From positions 1,612,001 through 1,676,000 of the forward strand of contig LSRY02000009.1 of assembly GCA_001643675.2 (NCBI GenBank): a DNA stretch of 64,000 nucleotides. Reading direction: 5' to 3'. Positions 63,301 to 64,000 of this stretch are shown here, one piece after another. Below the pieces are notes generated by a model. It saw only the letters and a list, made by a program, of their open reading frames with translations. It was not told where the DNA came from and did no database searches. The translations under genes and the position numbers were made by a program. The DNA is from Monocercomonoides exilis PA203 (Eukaryota > Protista > Preaxostyla). Position 1 is the first letter of the stretch; the number at the start of each line of letters is the position of its first letter.

Positions 63301-64000
63301 GAGAATTACGAAACAACATATTTAATCAATAAAAACCAAGATGTTAAAACAAAAATCTGTATTTTTTCTAAATATTTGTAAAAAATAAAAAGTGATAGTA
63401 ATTTTCAATAATTATTAATGATCGCAAAATAAATAATACTTTTTTCTTGAAATATGATTTTTTATTGATGTTTTTTTCAGCAAGGAGATACTATTTTCAA
63501 AGAAGTTATCTCTATCAGAGCACATTGAATTATATTTATTTTCAAGAAACTATTTAGGAAACAGTCTTAGCAATTTTGTCTAACTTTTCGAAAAATTACA
63601 TTTCAGAATTGTTTTCAAATGTTTTTGCTTCGTTTAAGCAATTTCTATATATAACGAACAAATATGAATTGAAAGATATCTCTTTCTATTTTTTTGTTGT
63701 TCAAAAATTGTTATTTATCGAAGTTTCGAGAAATAGTAACAAAAACACATGCATGAACACAAACAGCTTTTTTCATATAAATTTATTTGAAAATAATGAA
63801 TATAACTTAATGAGTTTTTCACTAAATTTAATAAAATTTGAGTTTAGAAAAAGTGAGCAAGGAATTGATAGTAATTATTAGAATTGACAAAAATTTAACT
63901 TCAAAAGCAATTGCTTTTGCTAAAGATTTATTGTGAATTCGTCGTTTCAAAATAAATATTATATTATGGAAAGATAAAAAGAGTGACAGAAATTTGAAGA

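Overview
AT-rich eukaryotic DNA with spliceosomal GTTTG...AG introns, Ser-rich low-complexity ORFs and GGA(I/V) beta-helix gene fragments. It looks like a protist, possibly an oxymonad/metamonad (inference only). Almost the whole window is a nest of cut-and-paste DNA transposons carrying host-gene fragments. (1) A 5.7-kb GG..CC element with a perfect 8-bp TSD and 1.2-kb inverted arms (2778-8516). (2) A 399-bp Merlin-type MITE holding TTAGGG hexamers and a tRNA-type Pol III promoter (10536-10934). (3) An 8.5-kb TA-flanked IS630-Tc1-mariner element with an intact DD34E transposase, minisatellite TIRs and a structured leader (20945-29442). (4) A family of TA|TGGGTGA-ended pack elements and MITEs. 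(5) A decayed Merlin transposase. (6) A disrupted retinoblastoma-like pocket-protein gene. The best candidate for an undescribed system is two diverged tandem copies (30802-34446, 36773-40983) of an intron-containing Sola2-like DDD transposase with a catalytically intact USP (C19) deubiquitinase inserted in its N-terminal half. Each copy has an in-frame stop at nearly the same point just before the catalytic domain. Each is followed by a GC-rich multi-stem RNA-like structure sharing ACATGA...TCCCAGG. The second copy lies between near-identical 605-bp nested-palindrome TIRs. All assignments come from motif reading by eye; no database search or folding program was run.
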